Source: an uncultured Clostridia bacterium (lineage in GTDB: Bacteria > Bacillota > Clostridia > TANB77 > CAG-508). From it: a stretch of DNA of 64,000 bases. The DNA is taken from contig CANRBI010000001.1 of assembly GCA_947628775.1 (NCBI GenBank), positions 4,730-68,729 on the forward strand. Direction: 5' to 3'. The translations under genes were made by a program, and so were the position numbers. The number at the start of each line of letters is the position of its first letter. The first letter of the stretch is position 1. The notes under the pieces are model-generated. The model did no database searches. It had not been told where the DNA came from and worked only from the letters and a program-made list of their open reading frames with translations. Positions 47,501 to 56,463 of this stretch are shown one piece after another.

Positions 47501-49445
47501 AGTAAAAAAACAATCTAATGTAGTTAAATTAGATTTAGAAGATTCAGAAATGGAAATAAATATAAAAGCAGCAAGTGATAATACTGTACTAAACTCAGGA
47601 TATACAGCTTACTACATAATACAAGTATTAAATAATAGTGATAAAGTAATGAAAAATACAAAAGTAGTTTTACAAGCTGAAAATTTAAAAGTAAGAGAAC
47701 TAGCATACTTTAATGATAAAGATGAAGCTATTGCAGTACAAGATTCGAATGAGATAACAGTAGATGAAATTCAACCAAATAAAAGTATTGATATTACAGC
47801 AACTATAGAAGCTTTACAATTTGTAGATTCTGAATCAAAACAAGCAACTTTACAAGCAAATGCAATTAGTGATGATATTACATATCACTCTAATCAACAA
47901 AAAATAACAGCTGTTGCACCGCTTTTACAATTAGAACACTCAGCAGAACGAGAAGGAGAATATGTAAAGGCTGGAGAACAATTAGCATATAAAATAAAAG
48001 TAACAAATAAAGGCGAAAATATACTAAATGAAGTGACAATAGAAGACAATATAACTTTATATGAAAAACTTGATTCTATTGCTGTAAATGAAACTCAATT
48101 AAAAGAAGATGAATACACAATTGAAAAAGAACTTAATGCACAGGGACAAACTATAACAATAAAAACAGATTTACAACCACAAGAAAGTAAAGAATATACT
48201 GTAATAACAACAATAGATTCTGTAGTAGAAAATAAGGAAGTAATAGAATTATCAAATAAAGCAAAAGTATATTCATCTGGAGTAGAAATTAAACAAAGTG
48301 AATTAAAACATTTGTTAGAACCAGATACATCAGGAAATGAAGACCCTTCTAATCCAAACAATGGTAATGGTTTAAATGGTCAAGATGGAAATGGTCAAAA
48401 CGGAAATGAATCTGGAAGTAATTCTAATAAAATAATTTCAGGAATAGCATGGCTAGATAAAAATGAAAACAATGAAAAAGATACATCAGATTCAACAGTA
48501 CCTAATATGACAGTAAAACTATTAGACACAACTACAAACCAATTACTAAAAGATAGTAAAGGACAAGTTATTGAAACAAAAACAAATGAAACAGGATTTT
48601 ACAGCTTATCAAATATACCACAAGGTAGATATATGGTAATATTTGAATATGACACATCAAAATATGGATTAGTAGAATATCAAAAAGATGGTGTTTCTGA
48701 AGAAAACAACTCAAATGTTATAGCAAAACAAATTGAAATAAATGGAGCAAATAAACAAGTAGCAAGTACAGAGCTTATAGAATTATCAGACAAAAATGTA
48801 TCTAATATAAATATAGGACTTAAAGAACTAAAAATATATGACATGAGATTAGATAAATATGTTAGCAGAATAGTAGTAAATAATTCAAAAGGAGCATCAA
48901 CAAACGAATATGGAGAATCTACACTTGCAAAAGCAGAAATACCTGCAAAATTACTAAGTCAATCAAATGTAGTAGTAGAATACAAAATAAAAGTAACAAA
49001 TGAAGGAGAAATCCCTGGATATATCAAAAAGATAGATGACAAAATAGCTACAGATTACAAATTCAGTTCAGAAATGAATAAAGATTGGTATCAATCAGGA
49101 GATACATTATCAAATGTAAGTTTAGCTAATACAAGAATAGAACCAGGAGAAAGTAAAGAAATCACATTAATACTTACAAAACAAATGACTGAAAACAATA
49201 CAGGACTTATAAATAACACAGCAGAAATTGCAGAAGATTATAATGAACAAGGAATAGTTGATGCAGATTCAGTAGCTGGTAATAAAGATATTAAAGAAGA
49301 CGATTTTGGATCAGCAGATGTAATATTAGGTATAAAAACAGGTGAAATAATCATGACAATAGCAATAATTATTACATCAATAGTAGTATTAGCAGCAGGA
49401 GCATTTATAATAGCAAAAATTGTTCTAAAAAAGAGAGTAATATAG
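44505..49445 (+). CDS. Giant cell-surface protein A2 (1646 aa), paralog of A1. Signal peptide, DUF11/Cna-B repeat domains, and the sorting signal ILGIKTG + TM + KKRVI.
   Basis: N-terminal MKERITRAIIASLLILAMTMSNFILLGITAVTYA. The N-terminal domain is homologous to A1 (NSNFKINETN... vs NPNFKINADD...). The Cna-B/SdrD-B-like block reads GIAWLDKNENNEKD...NETGFYSLSNIPQGRYMVIFEYD. The C-terminus reads ...NTAEIAEDYNEQGIVDADS...ADVILGIKTGEIIMTIAIIITSIVVLAAGAFIIAKIVLKKRVI. Confidence 0.8.
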   Translation: MKERITRAIIASLLILAMTMSNFILLGITAVTYAVDSITQDKTTNNKNVEFMAYFKDSNQNIISSREIKMNETDLKLYFKIAVKREGYFNGQVELSNSNFKINETNLEEKGISKIEGNTIYLNQINAGEEKEYEIGIELFKDDMYDLSMLQKDSQVSISGTYKDSTEKDISIEASRTVTLKLMEPYADNEQSPVSLEQKVITNKVYDSNGRKVRVLQVQIDAKLLDNNYPIKSAKLELTAPKVNNKYPEIVELVTPDELMTNGKKLSEDQYKYDKGTGLLTATVENTETDGKVVWTKSGTDTYVVTYIFSEEESIQDQRLIASVKYELYNDSKTSYTKNIETPMMSGELDSTIEVKTDSTDEIYKGKLYAGLEKEYSQNIHIQVNTYGIAESIYVAEDISQMRLQTYTKQIKLNKDNMISILGDDGKVTILNKATSQVISEITKDSQANEQGNITIDIPANIPEIAIQTTKPTSAGVLDITSIRVIAANAINTVKSINELPYVIKGNYMIGNIENAIKEVSSNIELKETQTSARLEVNKEELSTMTTNKNVEMKVILETANESQELYKAPTIRVTLPDKIQDIQINAINLINEDELQIASKQLIGKTIEIQLQNEQTKYKDIAVEGAEILISADLTLDKKETNSTEQITLTYTNQKAVNYKEGADIGTDSKPINIVSYAGIVTVNEISDYGIQTINNDGTKQGKLELGKEAKTTTIKSEIYNNQDAKINNVRILGTFPTQGASDENNIETSVSKITLEGPVVSHENENIIAEILANQKAYYTENENADTDLENQANQWEETIKDPSKVKKYMIVIDSLDIKDEISFEYNLTVPANLEYNQTAKTGYDIYYTIDTANVEQVVNTDKLTLETGVGPIVNAELQATVGGQEITEVKKGEFIHYTITARNTGSEPVENVKLIGEVPEGTVYIEEVIYSNDSDTESGGTFDLNNRFSEDLNKTQVEFTVEKLDVGEQVVKTYDVKVKDVTSKTAEAKVNIQYGEVKKQSNVVKLDLEDSEMEINIKAASDNTVLNSGYTAYYIIQVLNNSDKVMKNTKVVLQAENLKVRELAYFNDKDEAIAVQDSNEITVDEIQPNKSIDITATIEALQFVDSESKQATLQANAISDDITYHSNQQKITAVAPLLQLEHSAEREGEYVKAGEQLAYKIKVTNKGENILNEVTIEDNITLYEKLDSIAVNETQLKEDEYTIEKELNAQGQTITIKTDLQPQESKEYTVITTIDSVVENKEVIELSNKAKVYSSGVEIKQSELKHLLEPDTSGNEDPSNPNNGNGLNGQDGNGQNGNESGSNSNKIISGIAWLDKNENNEKDTSDSTVPNMTVKLLDTTTNQLLKDSKGQVIETKTNETGFYSLSNIPQGRYMVIFEYDTSKYGLVEYQKDGVSEENNSNVIAKQIEINGANKQVASTELIELSDKNVSNINIGLKELKIYDMRLDKYVSRIVVNNSKGASTNEYGESTLAKAEIPAKLLSQSNVVVEYKIKVTNEGEIPGYIKKIDDKIATDYKFSSEMNKDWYQSGDTLSNVSLANTRIEPGESKEITLILTKQMTENNTGLINNTAEIAEDYNEQGIVDADSVAGNKDIKEDDFGSADVILGIKTGEIIMTIAIIITSIVVLAAGAFIIAKIVLKKRVI

Positions 49446-49467
49446 AAGAAAGGAGGGAGAATTTACA

Positions 49468-52400
49468 ATGAATAATTTAAAGAAATACTTACTAATGATA
49501 ATAAGTTTTGTATTTATATTTATGGTTTGCTTATTTTCAACAAATACATCACAAGCAGCTACATTATCAGTTGATGAAATAAAAAAAGGTTCAAATGTAG
49601 GAGCAACGGTAAGATTAAATTTGAATACATTGAATTCTAGAAACGATTTGTATTGTGTTCAACATCATCAATTTCTAGATGCAAGTAATATATATACTTA
49701 TAGAGTTGCAAAATATGTAGAAATAGTAGGAAATGATGCAAAATCAGGTGGAACAACAGTTTCAAATAAAGATAATGGTACATTGGCATATATTATTAGT
49801 AAAAAAGAAGGATATAGATATGGATCTTCAACTGGACAATATGCTATGTGGCAACATATAAATACATGGTTTAGTAGTGTTGGAGGTAAATTTGGACTAA
49901 ATTGGATGTGGACTTTTAATGATGTAGGAGAAAATAGCTATATAAGAGAAGGAAGAGAATATGCAAATAGAATTGGAGATACAACAGTAACAGAAGTAAA
50001 AGATGAAACTAAAAAAGAAGATGTAAAAGTAACAGCATACAAAAATTCAAAAGGTGTACCATGTCTTAGAGTAGGGCCATTTAAATACAAATTTCCTGGA
50101 AATATACAAGAAATGAGTGTAAAAGATCAAGATGGAAATAAAATAACTTCTATAGCATATAGTATATATGAAGGAAACGAAGAGAAATTTGTTGAATTAA
50201 ATAAAATACCAAGTGACAAAAACTTCTATATTTCAGTAAAGATAGATCCTAATGTTACTAAAATTACTAATATATCAGGAAAAGTAAAATTTGAAGATAC
50301 AGTATTAACAGCAAGATTATGGTTCTTACAATCAAGCGGACTTCAACATTTACTAATAGTAGACCCTGGAACGAAAACTAATGAAGGAAACTTAAATTTC
50401 AATTTTAACTATGATATAGACTTAACTGGTGATATAGGAATTGAAAAAGTAGATGAAGACAATCATGATTTGAAATTACCAGGTGTTGGATTTATTATCC
50501 AATCTAAAGAAACAGGAAAATACATAAAAAGAGAAGGCGGAACAATAAAATATGTAGATACTAGGGAAGAAGCAGAAGTTATACCAACAGATGAAACAAC
50601 TGGAAAAATATATGTAGAAGATGTATTAGTAGGAACATACTTATTCTATGAGGTAAGTAACCCAAATTATGGATATGAACTTCTTAAAGACCCAATAGAA
50701 GTAAAAACAAGTTCTCAAACAGGTAAATATACTTTAATTACAAATAGGCAAATATATGTAAAACTATCTGGATATGTATGGATAGATAAACAAAGTGAAA
50801 AACTAACAGTTAGAAATGACTTATATAGGAATGATACTAAAGATGATGAAGATGAATTATTTGAAGGTGTAAAAGTTAGACTAAAAGATACATCAGGAAA
50901 TATCCTTCAAGAAAAAGTAACAGATAGTAATGGAGCATATTTATTTGAAGATGTGTTAATTGATGAATTAGGAAATTACTATATTGAATTTGAATATGAT
51001 GGATTAACATATGAGAATGTAAATATAAACTTAAGTGCAGAAAATGGTTCAAAAGCATCTGAAGGTAACGAAAGAGAAAAATTTAATAACAAATTTGCAC
51101 GAGTAGATGCAGATACAAGAGACACAGTTAGTGTAAAAGATTCTGCAGGTACAGAAACCTATAAAATAAAATATGAAATACAGGAAGGCGGACATAGTGC
51201 AAAAATAATTAAAAATCAATGTTTCATAACAGCAAATACAACAGATGCAGGTCTTACAATAACATATGAAAGAGGAAAAGGAATTAAAGAATTAAAAGGA
51301 TTTAACTTAGGCGTTTATGAAAGAGAACAAACAGATGTGGCTCTAATGCAAGATGTTGACAATGTAAAAGTAGGAGTTAAAGGATATAATCACATTTATA
51401 AATATGGATCAAGGATAGGAGAAAACAATGAACCAGTTGAAGATGCATGGAATGTAGGTGTAAAATTCAGAAGTGAATATGGTTCACATAAATATCTAAG
51501 ACCAGTATATAAAGCAGATGCTAATTATCATGATGAAACAGATGAAAGTAAAGACTTAAGAATGTTCTTGACATATAAAATAGGTTTGAAAAATCAATCA
51601 ATTTTTTATGAAGAATCAACAAACCAATCAACTGCTAATGAAGAATCAGAAATACAATCAACTTCTGATGGAGAATCAAAAATAAAATCAACAAAGATTA
51701 ATTCAATTGTAGATTACTATGATAAGAGATATAGATTTGTTGATGCAGGTACAGGTTTTGATGATAAAACAGGAACAATAACAGGAAGTTTACCAACTAA
51801 AGTAAATGATATAACTATACCAGAAAACGAATATTTATCAGCAGAAGTTGATACATCATCTGTATTAATTAAAAATAAAACTGAATATGTATATGTACAA
51901 TTTGAATTATCAAGACAAAATATCTTAGACTTGATAAATGATAAAGAAGCTGGAGCTGAACCTTCAGAATATCTAGAAAATATAGCAGAAATTACATCTT
52001 ATACATCATATGCAGATAAACAAGCAACACAACTTTATGGTTCAGTAGATAATGATGCAGTAGCTGGAAATGCAACAGCTGGAGATATAAACACATATGA
52101 AGATGATACAGATACAGCACCAAATGTTGGACTTACAGTTGCAAATGCAAGACAAACAACAGGTATGATATTTGAAGATAAAGAAGAACAACATTACTTA
52201 GATGAACAAAATATACGTCAAGGTAATGGAAAATATGATGAAGGTGAAAGCAAAGTAGGAAATGTCCAAGTTCAATTAATTGATCTTGACACAGGAAAAG
52301 TAGCTGAAGTTTATGATGAAAAAGCTGTAGATGAAGCAACAGGCAAATTAGGTAAATTTACAGGTGATTTATGTACAACAATAACAGGAGATGATGGTTC

Positions 52401-53769
52401 ATACAGCTTCACAGGATACTTACCAGGTAAATATGTATTGAAATTTACATGGGGTGAATCTGATGATGGAAGGGTAATCTACAAAACTGTAGATGGCTCA
52501 AAAGTAAATTATGAATATGCAGTACAAAACTATAAAGCAACAGTATTTGAAGAAAGTAGATATAATCAAGAAAAAGAAAACCACCGCTATTATCAAACAA
52601 ATACAGAAATTCCTCAAACACACGCAATAGATGACTGGGAAACAAGATTAAATATTGACAAAGAACTAAACAAACACGGAACTGAAGAAGATAATGGATA
52701 TAACCACGCTACAGAAATTAAGACAAAAGAAATGACATCTACAACACCAGACTTAGAATTTGGAATAGAGTACACAGATACAGATTTAGACAATATTACA
52801 ATTGTAGATGATACTCAAGTAACATTCCAAGTTAAAAATCTAGACTTTGGTATCATAAGAAGAGCAATACCAAATATAGAATTTAGAAAAAGAATAGCTC
52901 ACATGACAGCAAAACTAGATGATGGTTCAACACTAATAGATGCAGATGTAGATGAACAAGGAAATTTAACAGGACAAACAAACTACTTAACATATCTAGC
53001 ACCAACAGCAAATTCTAATGGTACATTAAGAGCAGAAATTGATACAGAAATAACACAATCATTATTTGTAGAACTAAAATATGAATTTGCTATAACAAAT
53101 ACTGGTGAAGCAGATTTTGCATCAGAAGGATATTACAACCATGGTAGTGAATACTACTCATCAAGAGGAGAAACAGGAGAAGAGCAAAAAGAACAAGATG
53201 TAGTAACAATATCACCAAGTAAAATAGTAGATTATCTAGATTCAAGAACAATTTATAGAGTAGATAATGAAATAAATAAACAGTATGGATGGCAACCTGC
53301 AACAGTTGAAGATTTAAAGGCAAATGGAGATATACTAGATGTTACTGAAGAAGGAGAAGTAAGTTGGAATGATAAGGCAACTCCATATTATACAGTATGT
53401 CTAGAAGATGCTAAAATTAAACCTAAATTTACGGTAGGAACAGAAACTAGAGATGCAGAAAGAAAAAATATATATCTTGTAGCTGAAAAAACTCTATCAA
53501 CAAATGATGATACACACTACTTGAACCAAGTAGAAATAGTATTAATCAACAAAACATTTGGTAGTAGAATAGAAACAACACCAGGAGATTATACATATGA
53601 AACAGAAAGAGTTAATTTCCAAATGGATGATGCAAGGGCAGAAGAAATCGTAATCATGCCAAGTACTGGTGATAACAGAGATTATATAGTAATAGCATTA
53701 AGTTTTGTAGGAATACTAGCAGTATTTGGAGTAGGTGTATACTTCATCAAAAAAAGAGTCAACAAATAG
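49468..53769 (+). CDS. Giant cell-surface adhesin B2 (1433 aa), paralog of B1. Signal peptide, an N-terminal putative internal-thioester (TED-like) domain, Cna-B-type domains, and the sorting signal MPSTG + TM + KKRVNK.
   Basis: RBS aaaggaggg lies 8 nt before ATG 49468. The N-terminus has LYCVQHHQ (Cys codon 49654-56) and STGQYAMWQ (Gln codon 49837-39), resembling TED Cys/Gln motifs ([YF]C[IVL][DEQ] ... TQxA[IV]W). The Cna-B-like block reads GDGSYSFTGYLPGKYVLKFTWGE. The C-terminus reads EIVIMPSTGDNRDYIVIALSFVGILAVFGVGVYFIKKRVNK. Confidence 0.8.
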   Translation: MNNLKKYLLMIISFVFIFMVCLFSTNTSQAATLSVDEIKKGSNVGATVRLNLNTLNSRNDLYCVQHHQFLDASNIYTYRVAKYVEIVGNDAKSGGTTVSNKDNGTLAYIISKKEGYRYGSSTGQYAMWQHINTWFSSVGGKFGLNWMWTFNDVGENSYIREGREYANRIGDTTVTEVKDETKKEDVKVTAYKNSKGVPCLRVGPFKYKFPGNIQEMSVKDQDGNKITSIAYSIYEGNEEKFVELNKIPSDKNFYISVKIDPNVTKITNISGKVKFEDTVLTARLWFLQSSGLQHLLIVDPGTKTNEGNLNFNFNYDIDLTGDIGIEKVDEDNHDLKLPGVGFIIQSKETGKYIKREGGTIKYVDTREEAEVIPTDETTGKIYVEDVLVGTYLFYEVSNPNYGYELLKDPIEVKTSSQTGKYTLITNRQIYVKLSGYVWIDKQSEKLTVRNDLYRNDTKDDEDELFEGVKVRLKDTSGNILQEKVTDSNGAYLFEDVLIDELGNYYIEFEYDGLTYENVNINLSAENGSKASEGNEREKFNNKFARVDADTRDTVSVKDSAGTETYKIKYEIQEGGHSAKIIKNQCFITANTTDAGLTITYERGKGIKELKGFNLGVYEREQTDVALMQDVDNVKVGVKGYNHIYKYGSRIGENNEPVEDAWNVGVKFRSEYGSHKYLRPVYKADANYHDETDESKDLRMFLTYKIGLKNQSIFYEESTNQSTANEESEIQSTSDGESKIKSTKINSIVDYYDKRYRFVDAGTGFDDKTGTITGSLPTKVNDITIPENEYLSAEVDTSSVLIKNKTEYVYVQFELSRQNILDLINDKEAGAEPSEYLENIAEITSYTSYADKQATQLYGSVDNDAVAGNATAGDINTYEDDTDTAPNVGLTVANARQTTGMIFEDKEEQHYLDEQNIRQGNGKYDEGESKVGNVQVQLIDLDTGKVAEVYDEKAVDEATGKLGKFTGDLCTTITGDDGSYSFTGYLPGKYVLKFTWGESDDGRVIYKTVDGSKVNYEYAVQNYKATVFEESRYNQEKENHRYYQTNTEIPQTHAIDDWETRLNIDKELNKHGTEEDNGYNHATEIKTKEMTSTTPDLEFGIEYTDTDLDNITIVDDTQVTFQVKNLDFGIIRRAIPNIEFRKRIAHMTAKLDDGSTLIDADVDEQGNLTGQTNYLTYLAPTANSNGTLRAEIDTEITQSLFVELKYEFAITNTGEADFASEGYYNHGSEYYSSRGETGEEQKEQDVVTISPSKIVDYLDSRTIYRVDNEINKQYGWQPATVEDLKANGDILDVTEEGEVSWNDKATPYYTVCLEDAKIKPKFTVGTETRDAERKNIYLVAEKTLSTNDDTHYLNQVEIVLINKTFGSRIETTPGDYTYETERVNFQMDDARAEEIVIMPSTGDNRDYIVIALSFVGILAVFGVGVYFIKKRVNK

Positions 53770-53790
53770 ACGGGTGACCGTAGAGATAAA

Positions 53791-53830
53791 ATAGAGAGAT
53801 TAAAATAAAAATTAATCTCTCTATTTTTTT
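53791..53830 (+). terminator. Rho-independent terminator after the B2 gene.
   Basis: Perfect 13-bp stem atagagagattaa / ttaatctctctat followed by a T8 run. Confidence 0.75.
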
Positions 53831-53927
53831 TATTTTTATTGCAATTTTTGATAAAATATAATAAAATAAAAAGCATAAAAAAAGGAATAAGAATGTAAGA
53901 GTGAATAATAAAAAATATACAATCACT

Positions 53928-53936
53928 TTTTGTCAA
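53928..53936 (+). promoter_or_regulatory. Spo0A-box-like element (TTTGTCAAA) upstream of spoIIE.
   Basis: tttgtcaaa matches the 0A-box consensus TTTGTCRAA. It lies about 95 nt upstream of the spoIIE ATG. A weak-35 promoter with -10 tacaat at 53991-53996 follows. Confidence 0.35.
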
Positions 53937-54028
53937 AAACTTTTTTAAAAGAACTTACTAAATAAGACAAAAAATACGAAGGACAAGTAGTACAATGTGC
54001 ATGTAAAAAAGTTTAAGAGGTGATAAGG

Positions 54029-56452
54029 ATGTCTCAGAATGTTAAAAGTCAATATGCTAATAAAAGTAATATACATTTAGAAAGAAATAATAAAACAGGT
54101 TTACTTTCAAATGTATTTTCATTGCAATATATTCCACTATATATAATTGCAATAATGATTTCAATAACAGGTATAAATGAACAAATATCTCCATTTGGAA
54201 TCAGTATGGTAGCAGCATGTATGGGGAATTTTGTACCAATACTAGGAATAGTAGTTGCAGGAATTATAGGTAGTGGTATAGGTTTTGGAATAGAAGGAAT
54301 ACTAAACTACTTAGTAATGGCAGTTTTATTTATTATATCAACTTTTTTATGGAAGCCATTATATAATGAAGAGCAAAAAAATGAAAAAGTGCGATTATCT
54401 AGAAATGTATTTATTTCAACACTTATAGTTCAAATTGCACAAATAGGATTTAATACATTCACAGTATATGATATATTATCCGCAATTTCTTTTTCAATTG
54501 TAGCAGTTGTATTTTATAAAATATTTGTAAATTCAATTATAGTATTACAAGATATAAGAGAAAAGAGAGCCTTTTCAATAGAAGAGGTTTTAGGAGCAAG
54601 CCTATTGATTGCAATAAGTGTTACATGTTTTGGGGATTTATCTGTATTTGGATTTTCAATAAGAAACATATTAAGTATTTTAATAGTTTTAATACTAGGC
54701 TGGAAAAATGGAGTATTAGTAGGAACAACTGCAGGAGTTACAATAGGAGTAACACTAGGAGTAATTACAGGTTCTGAACCATTAATGGTAGCAGCATATG
54801 CAATATCAGGACTATTTGCAGGAATATTAAATAGATTTGGAAAATTAGGAGTAATAATTGGATTTTGCTTAGGGAACGTTGTATTAGCATATATATCAAA
54901 TGGATATACAGTAGAGCTAATATATTTCAAAGAAATTTTAATTGCATCAATTGGACTATTAGCAGTACCTAAATCGATACAAATCAATATAGAAGAATTT
55001 ATAGGTAGTTCTAAATTATTACCATCATTCCAAAATAGAGGACTTAATAAAACAAAAGAAACATTAGACAAACTTAATAATGTTTCAGAAACCTTAGAAC
55101 AAATGGCAGATGTATACAAAGAACCAGAATTATCAGAACAAGAAGCACTAGAAAAAAATAAGCAAATATTTATAACAGAATTGCTAGATAATCTAAGAGG
55201 TTATGAAAGCAACATGTTATATGATGATTTAGCAGACGTAAATGGTAAAATAATAAATGAAATATATAAATACATGATAGATAAACAAGAAATAGATAGA
55301 GAAGCATTACTTAAAATATTTGCATCATGTAATAGTTACATTATAGGTTTTGAAGACCAAAAAATCAGTCAATTTTTAGAAGAAAGCATAACACAAATGA
55401 TTAGAGTTATTAATATGTCATACAAAATCAGTAAATCAAGTTTTGTATGGCAAAAAAAGATGGAACAAAGTAGAAAAAACATAAAGACACAATTAAATGG
55501 AGTATCAAAAGCAATATCTAATATAGCACAAGAAATGCAGCAAGACCTAAAATCAGATGGACAATTTAATAACCAAGAAATACAGATAGTAGAACTATTG
55601 AAACAAAAAGAAATTATACTACAAGAAATATCTATAAAAAAACAAGATAGATATTTAGTAGAAATATATGTAGAAACAATGCAAAATGAAAAAATAGAAG
55701 TTATAGAAAATATATTAAGTGATGTTCTAAAAGAAAAAATAATATTAAATGATGAAACAAGTTTAGGAAATAGACTAAATTTCTTATCAGATGATAAATA
55801 TGTAATGGCAATGGGAACAGCAGAAACAACTAAAAGCAAAAGTGAAACATCTGGAGATAGTGTTTTAAATATCAGACTAAGAGATGGTAAATATTTAATA
55901 GCAATTAGTGATGGTATGGGCTCAGGAGAAAGTGCAAAAACAAGTAGTACTAAAACACTAAAAATGTTAGAAAATTTATTATTAGCAGGATTTCAAAAAA
56001 ATGAATCTTTAGAACTAATTAATACAAGTATGATTAACCAAAATAGAGAAATGTTTTCAACACTAGATATTGCGATAATTGACTTATACAAAGGAAACAT
56101 AGAATTTATTAAAAGTGGAGCATGTCCTACATATATCAAAAATGGAAATAAAGTACAAGTTATAAAAGCAAATTCTTTACCAACAGGAATAATAGAAAAT
56201 GCAAATCTACAAGTATATGACAAAGACATAAACTCAGGAGACCTAATGCTTATGTGCTCAGACGGAGTACTAGATTCAAACATAGAATATAAAAATAAAG
56301 AATTATGGCTTAAATATTTATTAGAAGATATAGAAACATCAAATACGAAAAAAGTTGCAGATATTATTTTAAATGAATCAATAGATAACAATTATGGAAT
56401 AGCAAAAGATGATATGAGTATTATTGTATGCAGATTTTTAGAAAAGAATTAG
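54029..56452 (+). CDS. spoIIE: Stage II sporulation protein E (polytopic membrane protein with a C-terminal PP2C phosphatase).
   Basis: About 320 aa of N-terminal multi-TM region, a central regulatory region, and a C-terminal PP2C domain (LNIRLRDGKYLIAISDGMGSGESA...FSTLDIAIIDLYKGNIEFIKSGACPTYIK...GDLMLMCSDGVLD). ATG 54029 is 8 nt after the RBS aagagg; the track ORF starts at GTG 54020. Confidence 0.85.
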   Translation: MSQNVKSQYANKSNIHLERNNKTGLLSNVFSLQYIPLYIIAIMISITGINEQISPFGISMVAACMGNFVPILGIVVAGIIGSGIGFGIEGILNYLVMAVLFIISTFLWKPLYNEEQKNEKVRLSRNVFISTLIVQIAQIGFNTFTVYDILSAISFSIVAVVFYKIFVNSIIVLQDIREKRAFSIEEVLGASLLIAISVTCFGDLSVFGFSIRNILSILIVLILGWKNGVLVGTTAGVTIGVTLGVITGSEPLMVAAYAISGLFAGILNRFGKLGVIIGFCLGNVVLAYISNGYTVELIYFKEILIASIGLLAVPKSIQINIEEFIGSSKLLPSFQNRGLNKTKETLDKLNNVSETLEQMADVYKEPELSEQEALEKNKQIFITELLDNLRGYESNMLYDDLADVNGKIINEIYKYMIDKQEIDREALLKIFASCNSYIIGFEDQKISQFLEESITQMIRVINMSYKISKSSFVWQKKMEQSRKNIKTQLNGVSKAISNIAQEMQQDLKSDGQFNNQEIQIVELLKQKEIILQEISIKKQDRYLVEIYVETMQNEKIEVIENILSDVLKEKIILNDETSLGNRLNFLSDDKYVMAMGTAETTKSKSETSGDSVLNIRLRDGKYLIAISDGMGSGESAKTSSTKTLKMLENLLLAGFQKNESLELINTSMINQNREMFSTLDIAIIDLYKGNIEFIKSGACPTYIKNGNKVQVIKANSLPTGIIENANLQVYDKDINSGDLMLMCSDGVLDSNIEYKNKELWLKYLLEDIETSNTKKVADIILNESIDNNYGIAKDDMSIIVCRFLEKN

Positions 56453-56463
56453 AGGTGGAATAA

